Below are positions 38,501 to 50,605 of a stretch of DNA of 64,000 bases, one piece after another (position 1 is the first letter of the stretch; every line of letters begins with the position of its first letter). Below the pieces are notes generated by a model. The model had not been told where the DNA came from. It saw only the letters and a list, made by a program, of their open reading frames with translations, and searched no databases. The DNA is taken from assembly GCA_973895155.1 (NCBI GenBank), contig OZ316897.1, forward strand, positions 1,638,515 through 1,702,514, written 5' to 3'. Both the position numbers and the translations under genes were made by a program. The stretch is from Marsupella aquatica (taxonomy: Eukaryota; Plantae; Marchantiophyta).

Positions 38501-39562
38501 AGCTGGAGGAGGCATGCCAGGAGGCAGTAGAGGAGACGGACGCGGCGAGGCGAGAGAACGAATCTCTGCTGGACCAGGTCCAGCTCCTCAAAGCGGACAA
38601 TGACAGGCTTTGAAGGCAGCGGGATGGCCGTTCCCATTCGGGCGGCTCTGGCAAGCGTGCCAGATATTAGCGGCGGAGTAGGAATAGATTAGGATTAGGA
38701 TTGGCTTAGTCAGACTCTTGGGACAGGCACCTGCCTTAGGTACAACAGCGCTGCCCTGCTGTCCAGCCTGCGTAGATTAGGATCTTCTAATAAGACACAG
38801 CCGTTTTCCGGCCTGACTGTCAGCTTAGTTAGGACCTTAGTCAGCGAATCTTCGGCGAGAGGACACCCCGTCCCTCGGCTCTTAGTATTTAGTGCACCCC
38901 TCGGTAGAGGTAGGGGGGTTTTTAGTTTCAGAGTTGGACATCCGCGGTATATGCGGGGAGTCCCGACCTCTGGGAATGAAAGAGTACCAAGGGGGGGAGG
39001 ACTAAGCTCGTCGGGCGAGTGCGGAGCCGGGCTCCATTGTAGTATGCACCCTCAGCCTTGAATTTGTTCATTCCAGGGCTGTCGGGTCAACTAAGTGTAC
39101 GCATGTGTTCCCTTTGTAGTAAAATCCTTTCCCATCATTTTCCTTCGTGTAAATCGAGATTGTATGCATGTGTGCGCATATGTGTGTGGGTTTCTCGTAT
39201 ATGGGTGGCAGCGCCAGGCCGAACGCACTACCCGAGACGTGCACAGGGTGCAGCCTGCGGGTAAGTGGTTGCGAGCACGGGTTGAGGACCTGTATCATCG
39301 AATCCGGATCGAAGGCGGACAGCACGAAGGCTTAGAAGCCCTTAAGCCGGGGTCGATCCTGCTATCGACTAAGGTACGTTCCGGCGGCGGAATACAAACC
39401 ATACCTAGGAGGTGTCCGTATTTAGCAGTATGCGCACTTAGCGCTAGTTTACGAGAATAAGGTGCATTATGTGCTTCCCTTCCTGCCCGAACCCTCAGAT
39501 TTACGAGGGGTGTGCTCGTCTAAGCTGAAGTCTGAGTTAAGGCCGAAGCCGACGACGTGACA
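35549..39562 (+). mobile_element. 4014-bp TG..CA element with 5-bp TSD, probably a giant solo LTR, inserted in gag
   Basis: AATAC (35544-35548) | TGTGATG...CGTGACA | AATAC (39563-39567); TATAAAA at 35908; second copy at 56822-60198. Confidence 0.9.
36016..38670 (+). pseudogene. ~884-codon ORF inside the solo-LTR-like element (QP-rich linker, Transposase_32-like domain, coiled-coil tail)
   Basis: Single frame with stops at 36361, ~36574 and 38611 that are sense codons in copy 2; SLPW..DMTEFIKNY..RLRGRNMSLTEERLKMIFGLP. Confidence 0.8.
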
Positions 39563-41311
39563 AATACAATGGCCCGATCAATGACCATAAGACCACCAGT
39601 CAAACCTCCCATGGATCCTCCTGGAGGATATCCTCCTCGCACACAGAGAATCCCAGGAACTTGCTATAATTGTGGGATCGCTGGCCATTATGCCCCTGAT
39701 TGTCCATATCCAAAAGCTCCTTATCAATATACCCCTATCTGTGGAAACTGTGGAAGTGAGGGACATTTGCCCATTGAATGCCCAAAACCGGTTCAACCCA
39801 AACTAATGGTGAAATATGTTAAAGATCCAGAGAAGAAGGACGCTGCAGAGGTACGGATGATTTTCCTCGAAGATACTCACCAGGTGATGGAGGAGGAGTT
39901 GAACAACGAGGAGGTTTCATCAGTCTATAGGACTACTACTCGAAGTGCCAAGCGAAAAGCTGAGGAGACAAATCACCAAAGCAATAGTTTAACCTCAAAA
40001 CTCGCTTCCGGTCATCAAGATACCTCAAACACTTCACACAAGATCAAGGATAAGGCCAAGATCAATGATTCACCGCTTGGGGGTAAGCAGGTAGAGGGCC
40101 TTCCCAAAGAGTTAGACCCTGCGTATGACAGGTACGACCCGAAGTATTTTATAAGAGATATATCATCTGAAGCTAATGAATATATTAATCAAGAGATTAA
40201 AGCTAATGCACAAAATATTGCAGTGAGACCCAAGCATGTTTCCTTTGAGGATAAGCCAAATTTTCAGGGAGTTAGAGTAGATGAAAAATTAGGCTATGAC
40301 ATAGTTAAGGATGTGGCTAATGCTCAAGCGACAGTAACTTTTGGAGAATTGTTGAGAAATAATGCTTTGTATAGAAAACAGCTAAAACTGCTTCTTCGTT
40401 CTAGGCGTAGGAAATATAAAATGCCTCCGGTCACCATTAATTTTGCTGAAATAGAGGACTTTGGTGCCCCAGATGTTGAACTCCAAATCGACGGCTGTTT
40501 AGTTAGAAGTGTTCCTATTGATGGTGGTTCGGGAGTTAATATTATGATAGCACAAACTGCACGTTCGTTAGGATTTACTAAGTATGAATCAACACCTAGA
40601 GTCCTTAGGATGGCAGATCAATCTAGAGTTTTTCCATTAGGTAAATTAGGGAATATTGAAGTTTTAATTGGAGGCTTACCTTTTATTTTGAATTTTCTTG
40701 TTATTGATCCTCCCACTCAGTCAACTTTCCCTATTTTGTTAGGTCGCCCTTGGCTTTATAAAGCTAAGGTTAAAGTTAATTGGGCTAATAAAACATTTTT
40801 CCTTTGGCTATCCTAAAGTCACGTTGTCCTGGGATAAGATCCAGCATTTGGGGGAAACTATGTCTTCAGACCCAGGTTATACGTCCGATAATAGTACCTC
40901 TACAGTCGATTCGCGGTGGGTGGATGCGATGATGAAGCTCAAGGAGGACGAATTCAGCTTTGAGGAGGACGTGCGCTACCTCGAAGTCTACACTTACGAA
41001 GATGCAGTACCAGCTGCGCATGTGAGGAAGGTAGACGAAGTTGGTACTTCCTCAAGGTCTGAACCACTTGCCCCAAATCCTCAAGCGATGTTACCTCCTA
41101 AAGTAATTTTCAAACCAAAACCGATTGTCGAGATGCCAGAATCGGATTTGGACGAATAGCAATCACAGAAACCTAAGGAAGGGGAAGTAGCCTTAGGAAA
41201 AAGCTCTGCATATTTTCAAGAATCTGCTAGCATGACTGAGGGTATGGTTAAAAAGAATCAATATGTTAAATTAGAATTAGAAAAGGATAAAACTTTTAAC
41301 ATAGGGAGAAT

Positions 41312-44059
41312 TTGGATGATGTTACCCAACAAGCATACAAGGATCTTTTATATGAATATAAAGATATTTTTGCCTGGAGTCATCATGATTTAAAAGGAAT
41401 TTCTTCTACTTTAGGTGAACACCATATAGATTTAGTAGAGGGTGCTATACCCATTAGGCAGCGTCAGTATAGACTAAATCCCAAGTCTTATTCCCTCATG
41501 GTTAAAATGGAATTAGATAAATTAAAAGAGGCTGGTTTTATTTACCCTGTCCTAAGTAGTGAATGGGTATCGCCTATAGTTATAGTTCCTAAAAAACCAG
41601 GGCCGGATGGGAAAGTAAAAATTAGAGTATGTCAGGATTATAGGAAATTAAACGCGGCCACAAAAAAGGATTTTCATCCCTTACCATTTACGGATACGAT
41701 TCTAGATCAAGTGGCCGGTAAGGAATTGTATAGTTTTTTAGACGGGTTCTCAGGTTATAACCAGGTTTCTATTAGAAAATCGGATCAGTCTAAAACCACA
41801 TTCACAACTGATTGGGGCACTTATGCATTTTCTCGCATGCCCTTTGGGTTGTGTAATGCCCCAACAACTTTTCAAAGGCTAATGACTGTTATTTTTCAGG
41901 ATTACCTGCGTGATTTCTTGGAGATTTTTATTGACGATTTTTGTGTTTTCAGCGGTGAAAAGGATCATTTGGAGAAACTAAGGAAGACCTTTGCTAAGTG
42001 TCGTGAGGCTGGCTTGTGTTTGCACCCTGAAAAATGTTTCTTCGGGATGATAGAGGGTATTTTATTGGGTCATAAAATTTCTCAGAGAGGCATTGCTGTT
42101 GATCATGATAAAATTACAGTCATCCTTGCCTTAGAAGTGCCCACTAATTTGCGTGAGTTAAGGGGGTTTTTGGGGTATGTTGGGTATTATAGACGATTTA
42201 TTGAGGGTTATTCTGTTCTTGCCACACCTCTTAATCAGCTTCTTAAAAAGGATGTGCCTTATGAGTGGAATGACGCACGAGACAATGCCTTCCTCACCCT
42301 CAAACATACGCTGACTGTAGCTCCAGTTCTTCTTCCTCCTAACTGGTCAAAAGAGTTTCATGTTTTCGTGGATACTTCTAAGTTTTGCATAGGGATTGAG
42401 TTGAGTCAGAAAGATGAGCGTGAAAAGCACCACCCTATTTACTTTGCCAGTCGTCAACTCAATAGTGCCGAGCAAAATTATTCCACCACCGAACGTGAAG
42501 CTCTGGGCATTGTTTTTTCTTGTAAAAAGTTCCGTCACTACCTCCTTGCTTATGACACTGTTTTTCATACTGATCATAACTCTCTTAAGTATCTTTTTAA
42601 TAAGGCAGATTTGTCAGGCCGAATTGCACGCTGGATTCTACTTCTTCAAGAATTCCGGTTTAAAGTGGAGGTGCGCTCTGGAAAAAGCCACGTCAATGCT
42701 GATTACTTATCTCGGTTGGAAGGAGAAGGTGATACCGAGGCAATTCCCGATGTGTTTCCTGATGAGGAGTTATTTCACATGGAGGGTGAACAATCGCTCT
42801 ATGCTGAGATTGTTTCTTTTCTCATTACTGGTCGACCTCCTCAACACATGAATGCGGAGCAGCAGGCAGTTTTTGTACATAAGGCGGGACCTTACACCCT
42901 TATTAGAGGTGTGCTCCATAAAACCATGCCCGACCTTAAACTTAAGCGACGTTTGGAGACGCATGAGGTGTCCAGAGTGATTAGTGCATTGCATGAAGGG
43001 GATTCGGGTGGACATTTTGCTGTGGACACTACGGTGGCCAAAGTTCATGATGCAGGATACTGGTGGCCCTCAATGCATAAGGACGTACTTGATTTCATTA
43101 AAGGGTGTGACCCTTGCCAACGCATGGGAAAACCTTTACTCAGTGGAAGATGGCCCTTAGTCCCCATAATGCCCTTAGCTCCCTTTGAAAAATGGGGCAT
43201 TGATTTTGTGGGCCCCATACAACCAGTTACTCAACGAAGGAGGAATCGCTACATCATCGTGGCAACCGATTATGCCACCAAGTGGGTGGAAGCCCAAGCA
43301 GTACGGAAGGATGATGCAACTGTTACAACACTTTTTCTTTTTGATAATATTATCACTCGCTATGGGTGTCCCTTAGAGTTGGTTAGTGATAGAGGCACTC
43401 ACTTCCTAAATAGCACTATAGAACTGCTCACCACCACTTATCTGATCAAACACCGCAAAACTACTCCCTATAACCCTAAGGCAAACGGTTTGACGGAGAG
43501 GGCTAATGGCATCATTTGTAAAATCCTCACAAAAATTGTTTCTGCACATAAGAGTGATTGGGACATGAAGTTAGCATCTGCACTATGGGCGTATAGAACT
43601 GCACAAAAGATCACCACAAAACGAACTCCTTTTTATATGGTTTATGGGATGGACTCTATTGTTCCTATAGAGTTCAGTTTGCCCACTGCACGAATTTTGG
43701 AAGATAGACGTTTACCCCCTGAAGAAAGTCAATTAATTAGACTAGCTGAATTAGAACACTTGGAGGAAAATCGTCTTTATGCACTCACACACACTCATGT
43801 TCAGCAAGCACGTAGGAAGATGAATTATGATAAGAAGTTGAAGCCAACAACCATTAAGGCAAGAGATTTAGTTTTATTATATGACAATCGTTATTTGAAG
43901 TTTCCAGGGAAACTCCACACTAGGTGGGGGGGTCCCTATGTAGTTAAGAATGTTTGGCCTAATGGTAGTTTACAACTTACCACTACTGATGGAGAAGAGT
44001 TAATTACTAGAGTCAATGGCCATAGAGTAAAAAAATACATGGCTCAGCCATTGGAGTAG
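41312..44059 (+). CDS. pol: pol: reverse transcriptase, RNase H, integrase
   Basis: RVCQDYRKLN, LDGFSGYNQ, MPFGLCNAP, FIDDF, YSTTEREAL, HHCC, WGIDF, SDRG, NGLTER, RWGGPY; no chromodomain. Confidence 0.97.
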   Translation: MDDVTQQAYKDLLYEYKDIFAWSHHDLKGISSTLGEHHIDLVEGAIPIRQRQYRLNPKSYSLMVKMELDKLKEAGFIYPVLSSEWVSPIVIVPKKPGPDGKVKIRVCQDYRKLNAATKKDFHPLPFTDTILDQVAGKELYSFLDGFSGYNQVSIRKSDQSKTTFTTDWGTYAFSRMPFGLCNAPTTFQRLMTVIFQDYLRDFLEIFIDDFCVFSGEKDHLEKLRKTFAKCREAGLCLHPEKCFFGMIEGILLGHKISQRGIAVDHDKITVILALEVPTNLRELRGFLGYVGYYRRFIEGYSVLATPLNQLLKKDVPYEWNDARDNAFLTLKHTLTVAPVLLPPNWSKEFHVFVDTSKFCIGIELSQKDEREKHHPIYFASRQLNSAEQNYSTTEREALGIVFSCKKFRHYLLAYDTVFHTDHNSLKYLFNKADLSGRIARWILLLQEFRFKVEVRSGKSHVNADYLSRLEGEGDTEAIPDVFPDEELFHMEGEQSLYAEIVSFLITGRPPQHMNAEQQAVFVHKAGPYTLIRGVLHKTMPDLKLKRRLETHEVSRVISALHEGDSGGHFAVDTTVAKVHDAGYWWPSMHKDVLDFIKGCDPCQRMGKPLLSGRWPLVPIMPLAPFEKWGIDFVGPIQPVTQRRRNRYIIVATDYATKWVEAQAVRKDDATVTTLFLFDNIITRYGCPLELVSDRGTHFLNSTIELLTTTYLIKHRKTTPYNPKANGLTERANGIICKILTKIVSAHKSDWDMKLASALWAYRTAQKITTKRTPFYMVYGMDSIVPIEFSLPTARILEDRRLPPEESQLIRLAELEHLEENRLYALTHTHVQQARRKMNYDKKLKPTTIKARDLVLLYDNRYLKFPGKLHTRWGGPYVVKNVWPNGSLQLTTTDGEELITRVNGHRVKKYMAQPLE

Positions 44060-44477
44060 GGTTGTGAGGTCACTCCCTTATTTAAGGAGGGGATGGCTGC
44101 GTAGAGATTAATTGATGATATAAGTTAAGATAACCATTTTAGGTTAAAATTTTTATTTTTTGAGCTCTCTCAACCACATACCTAGGGAAAATGGGAAAAT
44201 GATTAAGAGAAGGCTGAATTATTTTTCAACTTTGAAAACGGTTCAATTCGGCGGCAAAGAGGACTACATGTACTGGAAGCGAGTACATGGAGGGCAAACG
44301 GATACTTCACACCGGCTATCAACAAATCGTTCTTGGAAGAAGATTGGCAAACGCAAGAAGTAGAGTGCAAAGAACAATCGGGCCTGAACATTGAGCGCGC
44401 GAGACAGACGGAGGCCAGGAGCAAGGTGAGCTATCGGTATAGTTGAGGCGCCCATCGGAAGCGAAGTTCGAGCAGCA

Positions 44478-45338
44478 ATGGTGAAGGAGAAGACGATCGT
44501 GATGCCTCCTGAATCTGAGATGGCCAGCAACCGAGAGAATTACAAGAAGGTGGGCATCGATTCATTGGCTGACTTCCTTTGGGTGATCAACAATGTGAAG
44601 ATGGTGGACGAAATACGCCTGCGGAATAAACGTGGGAAGAACGTGACTGCCCGATCGGATTACACGGCGATTACTGAGCAAACGATGGCGGATTGCTATG
44701 GCGTTTCTTTAGTAGGCCTGATTGCAGAAGATTTCACCTCCTCTCGATTGTTTCATGACATTTGCGAGGACCAATTCTCTGTTGAGTTTGCGAAGGAAGG
44801 TTATACACCAAACTCAGCAAAGGATCCAGCACTTCGAGCAATCCTTCGCTTCATTGTACCAATTTTGACACCCGATAAGCCCAGACGTATTGCAGGCAAG
44901 TTGGCTGCCATGATTGTCACCGCCTACGTTAAAGGTAAACCAATCAATTGGGCTTGCGTGCTCTTAGATTCGTTTCAGCTGAGATGCAAGAAAGTGAAGG
45001 ATGGAATCGATTTGTTTGTGGCGCCCATGTTGTTTCATTTGTACAAGTTTGAGAAGAAACTTTCGACAGTAGAGTTACAGTCCTATGAAGAAGCAGAAGC
45101 GAATAGAGCCCTTATTGAAGACCCATCCTCCAAAGATGAAGACAGTGAGACAGACGAGGACGACGTTGTTGAGATGCCTGTCAAAACTGAGGTTCAGGCA
45201 TCCCCGGTGCGAGTGTTGAGGGGTCGACCACGAGGTTCAACATCAATCAAGAGACCTCAAGAAACCTCTGTTATTCAGGTGGATTCGGATGATTTGAGAG
45301 ACTGTCGTAATTCTGAAAATCCAGGGAAAATCCACTAA
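44478..45338 (+). CDS. Accessory ORF downstream of pol, homologous to the 10615 ORF; probably 3'-truncated
   Basis: ILRFIVPILTPDKP...INWA...APMLFHLY followed by an acidic tail. Confidence 0.7.
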   Translation: MVKEKTIVMPPESEMASNRENYKKVGIDSLADFLWVINNVKMVDEIRLRNKRGKNVTARSDYTAITEQTMADCYGVSLVGLIAEDFTSSRLFHDICEDQFSVEFAKEGYTPNSAKDPALRAILRFIVPILTPDKPRRIAGKLAAMIVTAYVKGKPINWACVLLDSFQLRCKKVKDGIDLFVAPMLFHLYKFEKKLSTVELQSYEEAEANRALIEDPSSKDEDSETDEDDVVEMPVKTEVQASPVRVLRGRPRGSTSIKRPQETSVIQVDSDDLRDCRNSENPGKIH

Positions 45339-45522
45339 TATCAGTTGCATTAGATAATGTGGATGCATGTAAATATCTCTCCAATAGATGCATGTATATT
45401 TCTCTCCAATTTTTGTCAACCATACTATGTCAAAGTGAATGAGTGTACAATTAACTTCCCCCCCCCATTCCAGGCCTCCACATATATTCTCCATCCAATC
45501 ATCATAATCAAACACTAAAGTG

Positions 45523-45776
45523 CAATGCTTGGGGTTTTTTTTAACTATGTTATGTAATCCCTATAATACACCATATAAGGGCTCTACACAAATATTTGAA
45601 GTTTTGGATGATTGGACATTACTTGACAATATTTGAAGTTCTTGTTGATTGGTTTTTAGCTAGTTTTGCATAATATCCAATCTCCCAAAACATCAAATAT
45701 TGTCAAGTAATCCCCTTACTGGTTAATTAAGGGGTTATATAACATTACAGGGGTATAATAAAATATACCAGCATTG
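45523..45776. mobile_element. AT-rich foldback / MITE-like element
   Basis: CAATGCT...AGCATTG ends; internal inverted ATTACTTGACAATATTTGA / TCAAATATTGTCAAGTAAT. Confidence 0.5.
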
Positions 45777-46554
45777 AAGTAAATACAAACAAAGCTTCGT
45801 GATGTCTTTTTACAAGTACCTAAGGTCATTTGGCTACAAGGGAACCAAAAGAACTACACATGCGACACTTGTAGGACATGGAAAAAAACGTCATTTTCGT
45901 GCGATGAGTCTAGTGCGGCCAAAAATGCATTTCACATTCAGCCCTCCCGGTAAACTCAGAGATAAGAGTTACTAATATACATTTATCACTCAATATACAT
46001 TTATCACTCAATGATAAATGTAAGGCAATGTTGGTGATCATTGTATGGTCCCCGACATGTGATGACCGCCAATCTTTTGAAGCCGCAGCCACAAACTGCA
46101 CGTGTATTACACCCATACATACCGTGATATAGTACCATATAGTGACAAATCATAGTATGCCGCCACGACAGGTTATTCGATTTCCCATAAAGATAGTTTA
46201 ATGCGGGACCCTAACTCCTTGTACGAGAGTCGACTAATAGAATAGTAAAAACCTGAAGCTTTCACGATGTGCGAACTCGTCGTATGAGCATCGACGAAGG
46301 GAACACTTAGGAGAAATTTGCTGCCGCGACCTGCAAAGGGGTCTTTCGTTTGGTGTGAATCTGCAGACGGCGACCTTCCCTTCAATTTTCACAGGGTACG
46401 CGGTATGGCCGAACGCAAGGCGCACCTGGAAGCAGTGGAAGGTCTTCATTTTCGAAAAGTGCAGAGTGCCTGACATCCAACAATTTACGATTGGAAGTGC
46501 CTTATTCCAGGATGTCCCGCAACAGGCATATTTTCCAGGAAGGAGTACATCAAC

Positions 46555-47343
46555 ATGCATTGGAGAGAATGCCCGGAACATCAAAATGAGGATCTGGTGC
46601 AGAGTGTGGTGTACGTGAAGCCAAGGAGGAAGAAGGTGGAGGGCGCCACTTCACGGGGGGCCACCACAGCAGAGATGATCAGGCTTTTCAGGGCCACCAA
46701 TGGGTTTTTCCCTCACAAATGGCGTCGGTACATGTGTGGGGAACTAAATCGTCGGAGAGCACGTATTGTAGAAGAGTCCCTCACTTTGCATCTAACTTAT
46801 CTGCGCACTAGTTGTCCTCGCTCACCTACTTCAATGCGACACTTTTATCTTGCAATGCATGCATTGGAATTGCCATATCTGGAAGGGTTTGCAATGCTAT
46901 TCAGTCCACAGTTCAGAGTTTGGTTCACGCGTCACCTTAGAATAATCCTGTCCGGAGCCAATATCCACCACTTCAGGGCCTTGATTGCCTCGAAAATCTC
47001 TGAATTGGCAGATGGTATGACCAGACAAGAATGGTTTGAACGGGTTAATGTGGAGTTGGGGCAGATTGGTTCAGCGGAAGGTCTTGTTGCAGTCATGCAA
47101 GAGGTGTTGCATGCACTGGGGCAGGGGAAGGAGTCAGTGGATGACATGTTTGAAGCAATGGTAGGATACATGTTAGCTACAGAAAAGGCGCTTTGGTATT
47201 TGTCATTCAGCAGCAACCCTGTAGAGACAATCCACCACACACTGCACCTCTCGTTCTACGACTGGAAATTTAGTGCAGAGGGAATGGAGCAAAAGAGGAG
47301 GAACGGGACAGAAGGTCTCAAGCACCGCATGCGTCGGCTATAG
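46555..47343 (+). CDS. Hypothetical helical protein, possibly frameshifted from the 46355 ORF
   Basis: 262-aa ORF with protein-like composition; no recognised motif. Confidence 0.35.
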   Translation: MHWRECPEHQNEDLVQSVVYVKPRRKKVEGATSRGATTAEMIRLFRATNGFFPHKWRRYMCGELNRRRARIVEESLTLHLTYLRTSCPRSPTSMRHFYLAMHALELPYLEGFAMLFSPQFRVWFTRHLRIILSGANIHHFRALIASKISELADGMTRQEWFERVNVELGQIGSAEGLVAVMQEVLHALGQGKESVDDMFEAMVGYMLATEKALWYLSFSSNPVETIHHTLHLSFYDWKFSAEGMEQKRRNGTEGLKHRMRRL

Positions 47344-47899
47344 GCGCTCGGTATTGTTGAGAGTAAAGAGACTGCCATAGCAGAGGTACAATAGACAGGG
47401 ATCTGAAGATGTTCAAACTATGAATTTTGGGAAGAGTTTAGTAATTGTAATGGTATGTAATTGCAAGTCCACGAATCTAAACTCGATTGTTTTATTTAAT
47501 TTTGAGTAGGGAAAATTTGGAGATGCAGAGAATGAGATCTCTGACGACGACGAGAAATGGAGGCCAGGCTTTGATCCTGTTGATATTCATTACGAGGTTA
47601 AAATGTATAGGTATGTCGGCCGAAATATAAGGTCGTATACTGAATGTTTGGCTGCATGGGTGAACAAAATCCCCCGCCAACCCGAGAAGCCTGGAAGGAT
47701 AATTGTCCCTACAAACGAGAACAAAGGATCACTAAGGTGGGAGATTCAATATCGCCGGTTCCAGCTGAAATCAGGGTTCACTCTTGTGGAAGCGCATTTG
47801 GGTAACTTCTGAATTTTCCTGTCAGAGTCCCAGTTATACCAATTACCTTACATTGAATTCATGAAATCCTTATAAACTTCTCGTGGTATGTGCCAAGAA

Positions 47900-48365
47900 C
47901 GGGGCTGAAAACCGCGTTTGCCCCGGTGCAGGGGAGGAGATGGGCCAGGATGGCCTGCAGCTCGACGATAGTGCCGGTATTGTGGTCAAAGATACCTCGA
48001 ATTGTGCTACGCATGCACACTCGCCTCGCGGGGATATGCACAGTGGCTGCCCAACAGGTGGTGCCGCACAATGATATCCGAGATTGTTTTGTGTTTATGT
48101 CGTGGTATGTTGATAGCGGAGAAGCCGTTATGTATGCTCTAATGGGGAAGGGACTGAAAACCACGTTTGCCCCGGTGCAAGGGAGGAGATGGGCTAGGAT
48201 GGCCCACAGCTCGACGACAGTGCCGGTATTGTGGTCAAAGATACCTTGATTTGCACTACGCATGCACACTCGCCTCGCGGGGATATGCACAGTGGCTGCC
48301 CAACAGGTGGTGCCGCACAATGATATCCGAGATTTTTTTGTGTTTATGTCGTGGTATGATGATAG
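47900..48365. repeat. ~249-bp tandem duplication
   Basis: CTGAAAACC.CGTTTGCCC.GGTGCA near 47905 and 48154. Confidence 0.9.
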
Positions 48366-50532
48366 CATTGCTTGGATCTGATGCAAGACTCGTATTCCAA
48401 GAGAATCAGGATACATGGGCGGTGCGGCAGCAGTCACTAGGGCTGTTGTAGAGGACAAAGCGTTAATCGGAAACATCACACCCACTTTGACATACAAGCG
48501 CAGTATGTGTGGTGTTACCTAGGCTCGTGTTCCATGCCTGCTCCCACGTTCATTGTTGTTGAAGATTGGATATTCCTGTATTGGCATTGCTAGAAACCCA
48601 CATCATAGCATGGAGGACAACTCATGACAGAGACAAAGTGTCTCAGGTGTATTTGTTATCTTATGTGGCTTAATAGGGAAGGTATTAGGGAAGGTACTTG
48701 CGTCAACGGAAGAGGCTTGCCACAAACGGGACCAGGGGCCCCAACACAACATTCAGGACAACGAGCTGGGTGCCAAACAGAAGTGGCCCTTGGTGGAAAT
48801 AGTACCCGAATTACCTCCACACGACGGCCAAAGAGGTGTGTACACGTAACTCATAGTGATACAGGATAAGAAAATGTGAGATATCATGGTATGAATACCA
48901 TCCCAACGTGTTGATACCATGGTGCGTTGAGTCGCAGGTGTAGAGGCCGTCGATGGCACAAGTTGTGCACTATGCATCCCCGGCAAGGGAGGGGTTGTGG
49001 TGATGGGCAGGGGGGTGGTGAAGAATGCCATGGCGGCATCATTGAGCAAGGGAATGGCATATTTGCTGATACTGGAGTGGTCATTCAAATCATGGTATGG
49101 CTCACCAGAGTGGGACATGGATTTACTGCCATGCGCTCAGAATTCGTATTCCTGGCTTGCACAAGGCAAGTTTGTGCATTGGCCATTACATTTGCTGTCG
49201 CCTTGTGAGGACGAGAACGGCAGTCACCTAGTACTACGTTTTCTGAGGTGGACATTCCTCACGCCCACTGCAAAAGAGATACCCGGGATGGATCGTGCAC
49301 AGCGTTGTCACAAACTTTCGAAGAACATTATGCCCCACAAGTTACGTTCTACAGGGTTTACAATCGAAGAAGAGCCCGCGGAGGTTGAGTGCAACCAGAC
49401 ATTTGAGGGGTTGATGCCAATCCTGCACCTATCCCAGGGCATTGCAGATGATGATTGACACATGTAAAGCATAAACTGTGAATAAAGTCTCCATTTTTGC
49501 TATCACGTTTCCTAGCAACAAAATCGAGGTCCCGGTCCACTCCTCGCAAGAGCAGTACCTCGTGTGCTATTGCAGGGAGATGCAAAGCGCTTCCAGGGAT
49601 TTAAATCCGTCCATTTGTGAGGCTGGGCTCGAACAAAGCCTTGCATTCTTGATGTGATGTCTCCACTATTGCGATCAGCAAGTAAGGTTGATGATTGTAT
49701 GCCCCACTTACATTCTCGCATTAGCAATTGAATTTGCCCCGAGAGCTCCTGTAGCAATCAATAATGTATCGGTTGTGGACGCCCAAATTTACAGCCCCAC
49801 GAACTGGCACATCGTCAACCTTGAATATGACACCACTTAATGGACATGAACAAAACCCTGTGCAAAACACATTTTGTGGCGGACGACGCCTGAAAAGATC
49901 GCTCGAAAGATGTACAATTGTCTCGGACAATTATGTGGAACACTTTATGTCATACCGGATGTACATGACAATTGTATGCCCCACTTACATTTTTTGAATT
50001 AGTTCTGTCCGTGTAAAGGAGCACTTGGTAATATCATGGTATGTAAATACGACGGCCGCAAAGATCGTGTATGATTCGCGTCGGAGGAGGGGGTGGGGAG
50101 TTAGTACGTGGCCACAATTGAGCATCGGGACAGGGCATATGCGACACCCAACATCCATACCAGGATAAACGTCGGGAATATATATAAGTCATTCATTGGA
50201 CCAAGCAATGATACGTAACAAACTGCCGTATGCCATCTGGCAATAAAATACAGATGCCAACAATGACAATTCTGATTTTTTTACATGGGAGTGAGCAAAA
50301 CTGAACCCAAAGGGTTCATTTGGGTTCAGTTAGAGTTCACACTAAAGGAATGAAAGTGCCTTGGGGCACAGGTGAGTTTCAATCCGCCCCTAGACTATGG
50401 TACTAACATGCCATAGTACAATTCTAATATCAAGGTGATTGGAAGGGATGTGAGTTGACACGTGACTCTAATGGGTGACACCTGACTGTAATGGTCCAAG
50501 AAGACAATCTGATGTGTTACTTTTGGACATAT

Positions 50533-50605
50533 GTTTAGGGTTTAGGGTTTACCCTGTTTAGGGTTTAGGGTTTAGGGTTTAGGGTAAACCCTAAACCCTA
50601 AACCC
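50533..50605. repeat. Interstitial telomeric repeats in inverted arrangement
   Basis: (TTTAGGG)n followed by (CCCTAAA)n. Confidence 0.9.

Larger units (their letters stand above)
34001..41159 (+). pseudogene. gag: gag and aspartic protease, frameshifted and split by the 35549-39562 insertion
   Basis: Gag core (DPDDWLGEF, AHKWY), knuckles CYNCGIAGHYAPDC and CGNCGSEGHLPIEC, protease IDGGSG and ILLGRPWL; excising the insertion rejoins DMGMNT-MARS in frame. Confidence 0.85.
33275..45338 (+). mobile_element. Ty3/gypsy non-chromovirus (Athila/Phygy-like) LTR retrotransposon, degenerate; outer LTR boundaries unresolved
   Basis: LTR 3' end, Asp PBS, gag-PR-RT-RH-INT order, polypurine tract ~44084-44092, extra downstream ORF. 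Confidence 0.9.

Noticed and set aside
47859-48497. 212-aa minus-strand ORF
   Set aside because: Derived from a 249-bp duplication; no recognisable motif
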